DNA of 64,000 bases from an uncultured Fretibacterium sp. (GCF_938030725.1 NZ_CALHIQ010000013.1:6461-70460); one strand, 5' to 3'; positions 10,601 through 19,924 are shown, counted from the first letter of the stretch. Translations and numbers: made by a program. The notes: a model not told the origin generated them from the sequence alone.

Positions 10601-11300
10601 CCGAGAGGGGATGGATGCCGCCGGTCACGCTGATCTTTCCCTGGCCGAAGCTCACGTCGGAGCGGTTGATGCCGATCGTCGTGCCGCCGGACACGTCCAG
10701 GTTCGCATCCCCCCGCACCGGGACGCCGTTAACCGTGCCGTCCGCATCGACGTCCAGGTTCCTGCCACGGACGTTCGCCCCGACCTCCTTCACCTGGACG
10801 ACGCCCCACTTCGACGTGAAGCGGCTGTCCGTCAGGCTGATGCGGTCCAGGGGAAGCTCGCCGCCGCCGTTCCCGCCTTCGGGAAGCTTCAGCTTCTGGA
10901 CCTCGTCGATAAACTGGTCGAGGTCCATGTCCACCCCACCGACCGACAGGTTTGCCAGCCGCAGAGAGCCCCTCAGGAGCGCCGAGAAGTTCAGGCTGGC
11001 GGAGAGGGATCGCGCGGAGAGAAGGCGGTCCCCACTTTCGGTGGCAACGGAGAAGTCCGAGATTCGATAGCCCTTGAGGGGGTTTCCGCTGACGCCCTCG
11101 GCCGTCAGCTCCAGCTGGGCCTGCTTCTTCAACTGTTCCTTTGCGATGCCGAGGATCAGGTCGCCCCCGATGTCGACGAAGGACAGGATGCCTCCGATGA
11201 CGGCGAGCAGGGCGACGAGGCCAAGGAGAAATTTGACGGCGCCGTGCCCTCCTCCCCTCGCAGCCTTCCGACCGGGCCTTGCGCGTGCTCCGTCTTCCAT
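7677..11300 (-). CDS. AsmA/TamB-like periplasmic beta-taco protein
   Basis: N-terminal TM anchor followed by ~1200 aa of Gly-rich repeating beta strands; AAGGGGAG RBS before ATG 11300. Confidence 0.75.
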   Translation of the reverse strand: MEDGARARPGRKAARGGGHGAVKFLLGLVALLAVIGGILSFVDIGGDLILGIAKEQLKKQAQLELTAEGVSGNPLKGYRISDFSVATESGDRLLSARSLSASLNFSALLRGSLRLANLSVGGVDMDLDQFIDEVQKLKLPEGGNGGGELPLDRISLTDSRFTSKWGVVQVKEVGANVRGRNLDVDADGTVNGVPVRGDANLDVSGGTTIGINRSDVSFGQGKISVTGGIHPLSEQNTVTTLDLQGAVQELDLQELMAILPALDSNDYSGTANLSVEASGTTAALKITSTVNYRGTRLGGYPVERVAANVDYSGGHISISNIDASALNVPITGTAAVNVEEGKAPSVTIKLEGTDAALEGLEKTFPTLAGLGGRVSSFSANIQGPVKALSGAVNLTAPKVSWQGRTATDVRAQLKLANSDSATLDGKFNFEGAKGFLNGKVASLLTGPKMDLKATLQGLDLTRVASLIPGASQYDLAGQVTTRLAIRGGTSNPSISGTIESPAVSAKLSGQQYALDKPSVSFAYAGGTLSIQKSSGTLNGMPVTLSGKLGPLTAAKPSIDMSATLTIAPAALEVLAPQVRAYSLKGNVSAGIKLTGNLPAPHVDLVASSANLSVMNLLTVRGLELSTALDGGVAVLNRLELSARADSVEASGTTLTDVAAKVSKAGDAISLAGFSARSGGGSITGSGTAGSSPDSKLNLTFNLDRLDLKPLAQASGLDLKGVLTGNVGIGGTVGAPTFSFNGSAPSVTAQGLTLMNLTADASGTQKELRINAFKAEAGGSPLSASGTVQFAPLSANLSIQGTALDLAALTKDYPDAAGQISGKANLTFNVTGGSGGLSGKGALTSPALKAFGLNLTEVNLPLSYNGSTFASSGGTARLYGGSARNSLTFDTGSLKFSDELSADGLDVNALLQDVTGGLGGRVTGRGQLSLKLNGSAAKGLSYAGTGQFTMGEGAVTGFSGLDVVTRLYGTQGVRYVSVKAPFTVKTGKLILHAGAEATAPKGDPLYRYAKIASDGVINFDKTLNVPIELMVNYQLVNALTGGGTGALGGLLEGGTNVADTLKQALGGGLEGAQKGGARADFRTVTLTLKGKADAPSVKDLKIGPSTLKDESQGAAVMTSADQGTPAVQVQPGGGTAAPQPEAPESKDAVDRITDRVLDAIIPSGNEGQGQQPASQDDEAQKSQGDQIKDQLKEELGKELKKGLEGLFN

Positions 11301-11668
11301 TGAAACGCACTCCCCTTCGTGAAATAATAATAGTTCGTACCGCGCCATGAACGCGGCGTTTCGTTGCTTAACCGTTTAATAATAGGACGAAACGTCCTAA
11401 ATGCCATCCGTGAAAAACATCAGGCGAGAGTGTCAAGGCCGCCGGGCGGCCCTTCAAGGGTGAACAGGTCCGTTTTGGTGCAGGTTCGGCAGGCGTTTCC
11501 ACGTTAAAAGAGGTCTGCCCCTTGATCGGCATCAACGCTAACTGCATAAGCAATTATCTTGTTGCCTTCATGTTATTATATACAGGTAAGACGGTGAACG
11601 CTCCTGAGATACTTTCTGAGAAAATGCGGTGCTGGATGCTGCTGACTTTTGAGGAGGGGGATTTTAGG

Positions 11669-12091
11669 ATGGCTTCGATCGGTGCCAACATCAAGGCGCG
11701 CCGCCGGGCGCTGGGCATGAACCAGGAGGAGCTGGCCAGGAAGCTTGGCGTGACGCAGGCGAACATCAGCCGCATCGAGTCGAGCGTCAAGGGGCTCAGC
11801 TCGGACATGCTGCTGCCCATCGCCTCGGCGCTCTCCTGCGACGTGCGGGAGCTCCTGGGTCTGAAGTGCGACGACAAGACGGAGCTGTCGGCGCTGGGCG
11901 AGGACGCCCGCACCTTCGTGACCCGAACGCTCGAGAACGACCCGCAGCTGGCCCTGTACCTTCGCAGCTTCGTGAAGGACCAGGACTCCTTCACGGAGGA
12001 GGACTGGAAGTTTCTGGCCTCGAGCCTGAGGCTGGCCCTGGGCTACGCCGTGGACGCCATCAAGACGCGCCGCGTCCGGGAGGGGTTTTGA
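11669..12091 (+). CDS. XRE-family HTH transcriptional regulator (ImmR/DdrO-like)
   Basis: IGANIKARR..LGMNQEELA.KLGVTQANISRIE; GAGGAGG RBS. Confidence 0.85.
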   Translation: MASIGANIKARRRALGMNQEELARKLGVTQANISRIESSVKGLSSDMLLPIASALSCDVRELLGLKCDDKTELSALGEDARTFVTRTLENDPQLALYLRSFVKDQDSFTEEDWKFLASSLRLALGYAVDAIKTRRVREGF

Positions 12092-12096
12092 GGGCA

Positions 12097-12627
12097 ATGT
12101 TTTGGGACGGGCTCCTGGGCCCTGCGAGGGAGGCTGCGGCCTCCCTCCTGCGATCGACGATGCCTCGGATGTCCGCGCCTCCGGTGAGCTTGAGCGTCAT
12201 CTGCGACTACCTGGACATCCAGGTTTACGCTCAGCCCTGCGACGCCTTCGGGGCGCTTTTGGCGGAGGTGCGGGGACGGCGGATCCTGATGGTCAACACC
12301 GCGATCCCCCTCGTCCGGGCGCGCTTCTCCATCGCCCACGAGCTGGGACACGCCCTCCTGGGGCACCGCTCCGCCCTGGAGCGGCCCTCCCTGTCGGACG
12401 AACGGCAGGAGCGCCAGGCCGACCTCTTCGCGGCGGAGCTCCTGATGCCCCTTGCGATGGTCGCCGCCGAGGCTGGAGCCGGCCCGGAGGCTCTCGCCCG
12501 GCGCTATCGGGTGTCCCGCCAGGCCATGACGCTGCGGCTTCGCTCCATCTCTGCCCTCGTGAAGGCCGAGCGCCCCGATCCGGTCCCGGAACTCTCTCAT
12601 GGCGGCACGTTTTGCCCGTCGGCCTGA
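12097..12627 (+). CDS. ImmA/IrrE-family metalloendopeptidase
   Basis: RFSIAHELGH and E.QAD.FAAELLMP, C-terminal HTH (LARRYRVS..AM..RL). Confidence 0.85.
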   Translation: MFWDGLLGPAREAAASLLRSTMPRMSAPPVSLSVICDYLDIQVYAQPCDAFGALLAEVRGRRILMVNTAIPLVRARFSIAHELGHALLGHRSALERPSLSDERQERQADLFAAELLMPLAMVAAEAGAGPEALARRYRVSRQAMTLRLRSISALVKAERPDPVPELSHGGTFCPSA

Positions 12628-12736
12628 ACGAGGCCTGTCCGTTTTTACGGTTTAGTGCGATAATAAACAACTTACCATATCTATCTTTGGAGGCAGCCCG
12701 CGAGGTTGGGCGCCTCCGCCGAGGAGGTCCGTTTGG

Positions 12737-14542
12737 ATGTTTCTGGTGACGACAGCGGCGGTTTTCGGCGCGCTTGCGCTGGTGCTCCTTTGGAGGCGGC
12801 CCGCGCACGCCTGTATGACGGTTTTGGTGGGGCGCAGGGCCTCCGAGAACGGCGTGGTCCTGGTGGGGCACAACGAGGACAGCCGCGGACGCTACGTGAT
12901 GCTGACCCACATGACGGACCCCGTCATCCGGACCGTCCCGGAGACCGTCCGCTTTGAGCCGTGCTGCGCGGAACTGCCCCTGCCGGAGGCGAGTGCGGGC
13001 CTCCTGTGGTCCGAGGCGCGCCGGGGAGGAAAGGGTGGGGGCGAGTCCTACTGCGACCTGTTCATCAACCGGAACGGCGTCGTCGTTTGCAGCGACAACT
13101 GCTCGGACTCCCGCGAGGACGCCCCGGACCTGACGGACGGCGGCATCGGCTACGGCCTGCGCCGCCTCGTGGCCGAGGGGGCCAGGAGCGCCGCTCACGC
13201 CGTGGAGATCGCCGCGGACCTCATTCAGCGCTACGGCTATGCGGACAGCGGGCGGTCCTACCACTTCGCGGACAGCGAGGAGTGCTGGGTGGTGCAGGTG
13301 ATGAAGGGCAAGCACTTCGCCGTCAAGCGGGTGCCGGACGACGAGGTCTTCATCATCCCGAACCACTACACGATCCACGAGCCGGACCCGGACACGCCGG
13401 GCCTTCAGGCCCTCGTGGGCTACGCGACGAAGCGCGGGTGGTACAGCCCCGCGGACGGTCCCTTCGACTTCGCCAAGGCCTGTCAGGCCCCGGCGTCGCG
13501 GGGGGCGATCTACAACATGCACCGGCACGTGCGAGGGCTTGAGATCCTGCTGGAGCGTGACCTGAGCGGCCTCCTCGACCGGCCGGAGGACCTACCCTTC
13601 TCCGTAAAGCCGGCGCGCCCGGTGGGGATCGGCACGCTGAAGAATATCCTGCGGACGCACTTCGAGGGCACGGCGTCCGACATCTCGGAGGGGGGCTCCC
13701 ACCACTTCATGAGCACCCGCCCGATCTGTGCCGTCACGACCCTTGAGAGCAACATCGTGGAGGTGCGCCACGCTCCGGAGCGCATCCTCGCGCGGCGCGC
13801 TCTGGGCCGGCCCTGCCTCTCCCCCTACATGCCCTGGTACCTTGGCATCGCCGAGGTCCCGGAGGGGTACGGCTATGCGGCGGGGGCGAAGGAGGCCCTC
13901 GCGACGCACTTCTCCGTGCCCGCAACCGACCTGGACTGGCGGGAGGACAGCGCCTGGTTCCGGACCACGGCGGTTCAGGCGGCTGCGGAGCTCCTGGGCG
14001 GGGCCGCGGAGGAGGCCGTGCGCTCCAGGGTCTGCCTGATGGAGGATCACATGGAGGACGAGCTCCGCATGATGGACGCCCAGATCGAGATGCACATGCA
14101 CTCGGACCCCAACGTCGCCAGGGCTATGATGGAGGGACTGGTCCGCGCCTGGGGCGTGACGGTTCGGGAGGGGATGCACGCGCTCTTCAGCGACCTGAAG
14201 GTCCTGGTGGGGACGCCCGACGGGGAGCTGGATGCGTCGCAGGCGGGCGCCCGCTTCTCCGTGCGCTGGGACGCGCAGGGACTGACCCCCGCTGCCCTGG
14301 ACCCGGAGCGATGCCTCGCTGGGCCGCACTACCTGCCGCAGGAGAAGTGGTCCGTCGGGTCCGCGCTGGAGGTTGCGCCGGACGGCGCTTCCTTCAAGCT
14401 GACCTTCGGCGGCGGCGCGTGGATGGAGGACGCAGACCCCTGCCTTACGGACCTCGCCGTCCTGCTGACGGCACGGGATGGAACGCGCCGGGCGGCCTGC
14501 GTGCGGCTGAGGGTGCGCCGGGACATCCCCCTGAAGGGGTAG
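12737..14542 (+). CDS. Peptidase C69-family dipeptidase (Ntn hydrolase), exported
   Basis: Signal-like N terminus then C-MTVLVG..AS.NG....GHNED, AD.EECW, PN.YTI. Confidence 0.8.
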   Translation: MFLVTTAAVFGALALVLLWRRPAHACMTVLVGRRASENGVVLVGHNEDSRGRYVMLTHMTDPVIRTVPETVRFEPCCAELPLPEASAGLLWSEARRGGKGGGESYCDLFINRNGVVVCSDNCSDSREDAPDLTDGGIGYGLRRLVAEGARSAAHAVEIAADLIQRYGYADSGRSYHFADSEECWVVQVMKGKHFAVKRVPDDEVFIIPNHYTIHEPDPDTPGLQALVGYATKRGWYSPADGPFDFAKACQAPASRGAIYNMHRHVRGLEILLERDLSGLLDRPEDLPFSVKPARPVGIGTLKNILRTHFEGTASDISEGGSHHFMSTRPICAVTTLESNIVEVRHAPERILARRALGRPCLSPYMPWYLGIAEVPEGYGYAAGAKEALATHFSVPATDLDWREDSAWFRTTAVQAAAELLGGAAEEAVRSRVCLMEDHMEDELRMMDAQIEMHMHSDPNVARAMMEGLVRAWGVTVREGMHALFSDLKVLVGTPDGELDASQAGARFSVRWDAQGLTPAALDPERCLAGPHYLPQEKWSVGSALEVAPDGASFKLTFGGGAWMEDADPCLTDLAVLLTARDGTRRAACVRLRVRRDIPLKG

Positions 14543-14546
14543 GCTC

Positions 14547-15629
14547 ATGGCCTCTCTCGTGGAGGAGCTGGGGCTGGGCGTTGGCGCGCTGTCCAGGGGG
14601 CCGAGGAACGCCCTGACGGACGTGCCGGGCGTGCGCGTCGGCCACGCCACGGTGGACGACGGTGGCGTCCAGACGGGCGTCACGGCCGTGATTCCGGCGC
14701 CCGGAAGCCTGTTTCGCCAAAAGGTCCCAGCGGGGTGTGCCGTGTTCAACGGCTTCGGCAAGAGCATGGGGCTCCTGCAGATTCAGGAGAAGGGGACCAT
14801 TGAGACGCCCGTCGTCCTGACGGGGGTCTCGAGCGCCGGGGCGCTGTACGAGGCGCTGTTCCGCCGCTCCATGGACGAGCACCCTGAGATCTGCACGACG
14901 GCGGGCAGCGTGAACCCCGTGGTGTGCGAGTGCAACGACAGCTACCTGAACGACGCACGGGCCGCGCGCCTGGGCCGTCCCCAGTTGGACGCGGCGCTGG
15001 CGGCGGCCGCGGAGGACTTTCAGCAGGGCGCGGTGGGCGCGGGGCGGGGAATGACCTGCTTTGGGCTGAAGGGCGGCATCGGCAGCGCCTCGCGGCTGGC
15101 GGCGGCAGGGAAGGAAACGTACACCGTCGGCGTCCTGGTCAATGCGAACTTCGGCGTCATGACGAACCTCGTTCTGGCGGGGCGTCCTGTCGGGGCGGCA
15201 CTTTCGGCCCTCCTGGAGGCACGCCGGACCGAGGAGGAGCGGGAGTCCGGCTCCATCATCCTGGTGCTGGGCACGGACGCGCCCCTCACGGCGCGGCAGT
15301 TGACGCGGATGGCGCGCCGGTGCTTCGTGGGCGTAGGCCGGACGGGCTCCTTCGTGGGGGACGGCAGCGGCGACGTTGCCGTGGCCTTTTCGAACGCCTT
15401 CCGCATCCCCCACGAGGTGTCGGAGGACCCCGTCCTCCGCGTTCCCTCCCTTCACGAGAACTGCATTGACCCCCTGTTTCAGGCCGCTGCCGAGGCTGCG
15501 GAGGAGGCCATCCTGAGCGCGCTCCTGTGGGCGGAACCCGTTCGGGGGCGCGGGGGGCACGTCCGCCATGCCCTGCGGGACTTCCTGCCGGAGCTTGACG
15601 CCGCCGGTCTGCTGTCCACGACGCGCTGA
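14547..15629 (+). CDS. DmpA / peptidase S58 (P1-family) aminopeptidase
   Basis: NALTDVPGVRVGH, NGFGK, ECNDS.LND, GAG.GM..FG.KGGIGSASR, GSII, SGD. Confidence 0.9.
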   Translation: MASLVEELGLGVGALSRGPRNALTDVPGVRVGHATVDDGGVQTGVTAVIPAPGSLFRQKVPAGCAVFNGFGKSMGLLQIQEKGTIETPVVLTGVSSAGALYEALFRRSMDEHPEICTTAGSVNPVVCECNDSYLNDARAARLGRPQLDAALAAAAEDFQQGAVGAGRGMTCFGLKGGIGSASRLAAAGKETYTVGVLVNANFGVMTNLVLAGRPVGAALSALLEARRTEEERESGSIILVLGTDAPLTARQLTRMARRCFVGVGRTGSFVGDGSGDVAVAFSNAFRIPHEVSEDPVLRVPSLHENCIDPLFQAAAEAAEEAILSALLWAEPVRGRGGHVRHALRDFLPELDAAGLLSTTR

Positions 15630-15704
15630 GCGATGGCTGGACGACGGCGAAGCGCTTCGTTTTGGAGCGGTCCCCGCCGCCTTCGGAGGGGAGCGAACCG
15701 CGTC

Positions 15705-16241
15705 ATGGAGCGGATGCTGAAGCGCCTCGTCCTCGCCTTTCTGGCCCTTCTGGCCGGGTGGCTGGGACTTGAACACTGGCAAGGGCAGACGGGGGACGTC
15801 CTCTCCGCTCCGGTGGTGCGCGTCGTGGATGGGGATACGATCGTCGTGAGCGTGGAGGGCTCGAACCGGAAGGTGCGGCTCATCGGGGTGGACACCCCGG
15901 AGACCGTGAAGCCCAACACACCGGTGCAGTACTACGGAAAGGCGGCCAGCGACTTCACGAAGCGGGAGCTGACGGGGCGGCGCGTCTGGCTGGAGTACGA
16001 CGCCGAGCCGACGGACCGCTACGGACGCCACCTGGCCTACGTGTGGCTGACGTCCCCGCCCGAAAGCGCGGACGAGGCGTCGGTGCGGCGGGGCATGTTC
16101 AACGCGCGGCTCCTGACGGGAGGCTATGCGCGGGTGCTGTCCATCAAGCCGAACACCCGCTACAGGGAACTCTTCGCCCGACTGGAGGAGGAGGCCCGCC
16201 GTTCGAAGATCGGGCTGTGGGGCAGGAAGGCCGGCCGGTAG
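15705..16241 (+). CDS. Thermonuclease (SNase) family protein, membrane-anchored or secreted
   Basis: RVVDGDTI, VRLIGVDTPE, DRYGR.LAYVW, GLW. Confidence 0.9.
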   Translation: MERMLKRLVLAFLALLAGWLGLEHWQGQTGDVLSAPVVRVVDGDTIVVSVEGSNRKVRLIGVDTPETVKPNTPVQYYGKAASDFTKRELTGRRVWLEYDAEPTDRYGRHLAYVWLTSPPESADEASVRRGMFNARLLTGGYARVLSIKPNTRYRELFARLEEEARRSKIGLWGRKAGR

Positions 16242-16266
16242 GACGGCACAGGACGCGATCGCGTCA

Positions 16267-16295
16267 TTGACATTATCCTTCGTCTGGCTCATAAT
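16267..16295 (+). promoter_or_regulatory. sigma70 promoter of the DEAD-box helicase gene
   Basis: TTGACA-17 bp-CATAAT. Confidence 0.75.
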
Positions 16296-16316
16296 CAGAC
16301 GCGAGGGATCTTAATG

Positions 16317-16349
16317 CGGGGAAGGCCCGACGCGGCCTTCCCCTTTTTT
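16317..16349 (+). terminator. Terminator-like hairpin inside the helicase leader
   Basis: GGGGAAGGCC-cgacgc-GGCCTTCCCC followed by TTTTTT. Confidence 0.7.
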
Positions 16350-16361
16350 GCCTATGGGGGT

Positions 16362-18272
16362 ATGCAGGTTTCAATGAACGAAGTGCAGGGAATGAACGAA
16401 GTGAGTAAAACGAGTGAAGTGAATGAAGTGAGTGAAGTGAGTGAAGTGAAGGGCGAGAACGAGGCCGGGGAGGGGGGGACGCCCTTCGGCGCGCCCTCAA
16501 ACCTGGACCTGAGCGAGATATCGAGGGACGAGTACCGCGAGCTTGAGAGCTACGGGCGGGAGCCCGTCGACGAGGGGTTTGACGTCTACGGCCTTCGGGA
16601 CGAGCTCCTGCGCGCGCTGGAGGAGAAGGGCTTCGAGCACCCGACGCCCGTGCAGCGGCGCGTGCTGGGCGCGGAGTGGCAGGGACGGGATCTGATCGTC
16701 CGGGCGCGGACGGGCAGCGGCAAGACGCTGGCCTTTCTCCTGCCCCTGCTCCAGGAGGTTTCGGTGGGGGAGAGGCAGCCCCGAATTCTGGTGCTGTCCC
16801 CGACCCGCGAGCTGGCGCAGCAGACGGCCAAGGAGGCGGAGTGGCTGACGCGCCACCTGAGGTTGGGCGTCGTGGCGCTGGTGGGCGGCATGGAGATGGG
16901 CCCCCAGCTGCGCGCCCTGCGCGGGGGCGCGGCCGTCGTCGTGGGGACCCCCGGTCGGGTGCGGGACCACATCGAACGCGGAACCCTGCTGACGGAGGGC
17001 ATCCAGCACGTGGTCCTGGACGAGGGGGACCTGATGCTGGACATGGGCTTCCGCGACGAGCTGGAGGCCATCCTGGGGGCCATGCCGGAGGAGCGCCGGA
17101 CGTGGCTCTTCTCCGCCACGATGCCGGACGAGATGCGGGAGCTGGCGGACCGCTACCTGAAGGCCCCCTTGATCCTCTCCCTCGTGGAGGAGGGGGCGCA
17201 GCACGCGGACATCCTGCATCGGGTCTACATGATCCCCTCCCGCCGCCGCTTTGAGGGGCTGGTGAACATCCTGCTGTGGGAGCACCCGAGGCGCTGCCTC
17301 GTGTTCTGTCACACGAAGATGGAGTCCATCGAAATCGCCCAGAAGCTGCAGGACGAGGGATTCACCGCGGCGGCCCTGCAGGGCGACATGACGCAGAACG
17401 AGCGCATGGCGGTGCTCGCCTCCTTCAAGTCCGGCTCCATCCCCTGTCTGGTGGCGACCAACGTGGCTGCGCGGGGGCTGGACGTGGAGGGCGTGACGCA
17501 CGTCATCCAGCTTGGACTGCCGGACGACCAGGAGACCTTCGTCCACCGCAGCGGCCGCACGGGAAGGGCGGGCAACGAGGGCACGAACCTGATCCTGCTC
17601 TCGCCGCCCGAGGCGGGGCGCTTCCGCGACATGCTGCGCTCCACCCGGATGAAGGTGGAGTGGGAGGACATCCCGGACCTGGACCGCATCCACGCGACGC
17701 AGCGCGAGGTGATGGAGCGCGAGCTGCTCTCCGCGCCCCTCGACGGGGACTACGAGGAGTGCCTGAGCTGGGCGGAGGACCTCCTGTCGCGCGCGGAGCC
17801 GAGGGTGCTGACCGCGAAGCTCCTGGCCTTCCTCTCCTCCCGCACGGCCAAGGGGTACAGCCTCAGCGCGGAGCTGGATCGAGAGCGGGAGCGCCGTCGG
17901 GGAGGACGCTCGGCGGTTCGGACGCGGGAGAGTGCGGCGCCGGGCCGCAGGCAGCGCGGCGTCATGACACGGATGCGCAGCAGCCGCGGGCCGGTGACGG
18001 ACGTGGGCCGCATCCTGAACGCGCTCTGCACGGCGCTGAAGGTGGAGCGCTGCGAGGTGGGCGCCATCCGCCTGAAGGACGATCACATCCTGGTGGAGCT
18101 TCAGCCGCTGGCCATGTCTCGCCTGGAGCAGGGACGGGCGGGGCTGGCGCGCTGGGGGCTCTTCCCGGAGGACGAGGCTCCCAGTCGCGGGCGGCGCAGC
18201 CTCCGCGGCGAGGTCCGCAGCCGGCGCGGAGGCGTGAGAACGGGGCTTCGCAGGAGCCGGGAGGAGTATTAG
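16362..18272 (+). CDS. DEAD/DEAH-box RNA helicase (DeaD/CshA-like, with DbpA-like C-terminal region)
   Basis: Q motif, ARTGSGKT, PTRELA, TPGR, DEGD, SAT, ARGLD, HRSGRTGRAG; start uncertain (16362/16374/16392). Confidence 0.9.
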   Translation: MQVSMNEVQGMNEVSKTSEVNEVSEVSEVKGENEAGEGGTPFGAPSNLDLSEISRDEYRELESYGREPVDEGFDVYGLRDELLRALEEKGFEHPTPVQRRVLGAEWQGRDLIVRARTGSGKTLAFLLPLLQEVSVGERQPRILVLSPTRELAQQTAKEAEWLTRHLRLGVVALVGGMEMGPQLRALRGGAAVVVGTPGRVRDHIERGTLLTEGIQHVVLDEGDLMLDMGFRDELEAILGAMPEERRTWLFSATMPDEMRELADRYLKAPLILSLVEEGAQHADILHRVYMIPSRRRFEGLVNILLWEHPRRCLVFCHTKMESIEIAQKLQDEGFTAAALQGDMTQNERMAVLASFKSGSIPCLVATNVAARGLDVEGVTHVIQLGLPDDQETFVHRSGRTGRAGNEGTNLILLSPPEAGRFRDMLRSTRMKVEWEDIPDLDRIHATQREVMERELLSAPLDGDYEECLSWAEDLLSRAEPRVLTAKLLAFLSSRTAKGYSLSAELDRERERRRGGRSAVRTRESAAPGRRQRGVMTRMRSSRGPVTDVGRILNALCTALKVERCEVGAIRLKDDHILVELQPLAMSRLEQGRAGLARWGLFPEDEAPSRGRRSLRGEVRSRRGGVRTGLRRSREEY

Positions 18273-18330
18273 GGAGGGGACGAGTGGGGCGCGGACTTCG
18301 GCTGCACCCCATTCCTTTAGCGAGGCGGCG

Positions 18331-19899
18331 CTACAGCGCCGCCTCGTGCTTTTGGAGGTCGATGACGACGACCGCGGAGGTGACGGCGCGGCCCTCTCCA
18401 TCGTAGGGCTTTGCGTAGCCCTTCTCCTCGATCTGCCGCTGCCCTTCGACACGCAGTCCGTCGATCTCTCCCGCGCTCCGGGCCAGCTTGAACTCCAGCA
18501 CGACGACGCGGTGGGGAAAGAGGACCAGGACATCGCTTCGCCCTCGATTGGTCGGGACCTCCCCGTGGGCCGTGATGCCCGCCCCCCGCAGGAGCATCAG
18601 GAACAGGGAGCGGTACAGGGACTCGTCCCGCCGCGTGAAGTCCTGGTAGGGGATGCCGGCCAGCGCGGTGTTGTACAGCTTGACCGCTCCCTCGATATCC
18701 CCGTCCTTCAGCGCACGCCAGAGATTGGAGCCAAGAGCCGTGAAGTCCTCCACGCGATAGACGTTATCCAGGTACAGGCGCGAGATCGAGTTCAGTACCT
18801 CGCGGTTGGGATAGTCCAGCGTCAGCTCCTGCTCCTCCGCGGATTCGATGGTCAGGTAGCCCGCCTGGTAGAGGAAGCTCTCCGGCCTGGCCCGCTCGAT
18901 CTCCTGGCTGTCCGCGAAGTCGGCGGAAACGCTTTTGTGCCGATAGACCTCCGGGTCGTCGATCCCGTGGCTGCGCAGATAGGAGAGGATGAACGTAGGG
19001 GAGCCCGAGTGATACCAGTAGTTTTTGAACTCCCTGTCGGCCAGGAAGTTGAGGATGGAGAAGGGGTTGTAGAGGCGGGTTGTGCCGTCGAAGCAGAAGC
19101 CGTCGTAGTAGTCCTTCATCCGCGTCAGGAGCTCCTGGCGGGAGAGGCGCATCTTGCCGGCCGCGTCGTCGATCCAGCCCACGAAGTCCCGCTCAAGCTC
19201 CTCCTGCGTGTAGCCCACGACGTCGCCAAACTCCTCCACCATGGAGATGTCCCGCAGGTTGTTCATGGCGGAGAAGACGCCGGTCCTGGTAAACCTGGAG
19301 ATGCCGGTCAGCATGACGAAGCGGAGGTACTCGTCGTAGTCCTTCAGGTTAAGGTAGAGGGTCCGAAGATAACTCCTGAACGTTGCAGCCAAGTTCACGT
19401 TTCCGATGTTGTCCAGGATGGGTTTGTCGTACTCGTCGATGAGGACGACGATCGGCCCTCCGCGCTCAAAAAGTCCCTCAATGGTGTCTTTGAGGGCCCC
19501 CAGCGCGCCTTCGGTGTCCTTGCGGGGCATGGGCAGCTCGTACCTGCGGCCGAAGACCATCAGGTCGTTGTACAGGCTGACGTCGAAACGTTGAACGTCA
19601 TCCGTAGGCCGTCCCTTTGCCATGCTGAGGCTCAGCACCGGCGTGGGGTGCCTAGCCTGTTCCGTGGCCCACGCCTCGGCGGCGAGGCCACGGAACAGTT
19701 CTAACTTGCCACTGAATAGGGCTTCGAGCGTCGAGAGGGTCAGGGACTTGCCGAACCGGCGCGGCCGGGAGAGGAAAACCCGATCCGAGTTGATCAACTG
19801 CAGCAGTCGAGCCGTCTTGTCCACGTAGAGGTGCCCCCGCGTCCGCAGCCGCTCAAAGCTCTGAATTCCGATGGGAAGCGTTTTTAAATTTTCGTTCAT
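18331..19899 (-). CDS. AAA-ATPase-like protein with C-terminal PD-(D/E)XK nuclease domain
   Basis: LPIGIQSF, YVDKT, RPRRFGKSL, LIDEYDKP, YNPFS, GRSD..LEFK. Confidence 0.88.
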   Translation of the reverse strand: MNENLKTLPIGIQSFERLRTRGHLYVDKTARLLQLINSDRVFLSRPRRFGKSLTLSTLEALFSGKLELFRGLAAEAWATEQARHPTPVLSLSMAKGRPTDDVQRFDVSLYNDLMVFGRRYELPMPRKDTEGALGALKDTIEGLFERGGPIVVLIDEYDKPILDNIGNVNLAATFRSYLRTLYLNLKDYDEYLRFVMLTGISRFTRTGVFSAMNNLRDISMVEEFGDVVGYTQEELERDFVGWIDDAAGKMRLSRQELLTRMKDYYDGFCFDGTTRLYNPFSILNFLADREFKNYWYHSGSPTFILSYLRSHGIDDPEVYRHKSVSADFADSQEIERARPESFLYQAGYLTIESAEEQELTLDYPNREVLNSISRLYLDNVYRVEDFTALGSNLWRALKDGDIEGAVKLYNTALAGIPYQDFTRRDESLYRSLFLMLLRGAGITAHGEVPTNRGRSDVLVLFPHRVVVLEFKLARSAGEIDGLRVEGQRQIEEKGYAKPYDGEGRAVTSAVVVIDLQKHEAAL

Positions 19900-19924
19900 C
19901 GCTCCGATGGGGACGAACTCCGCC

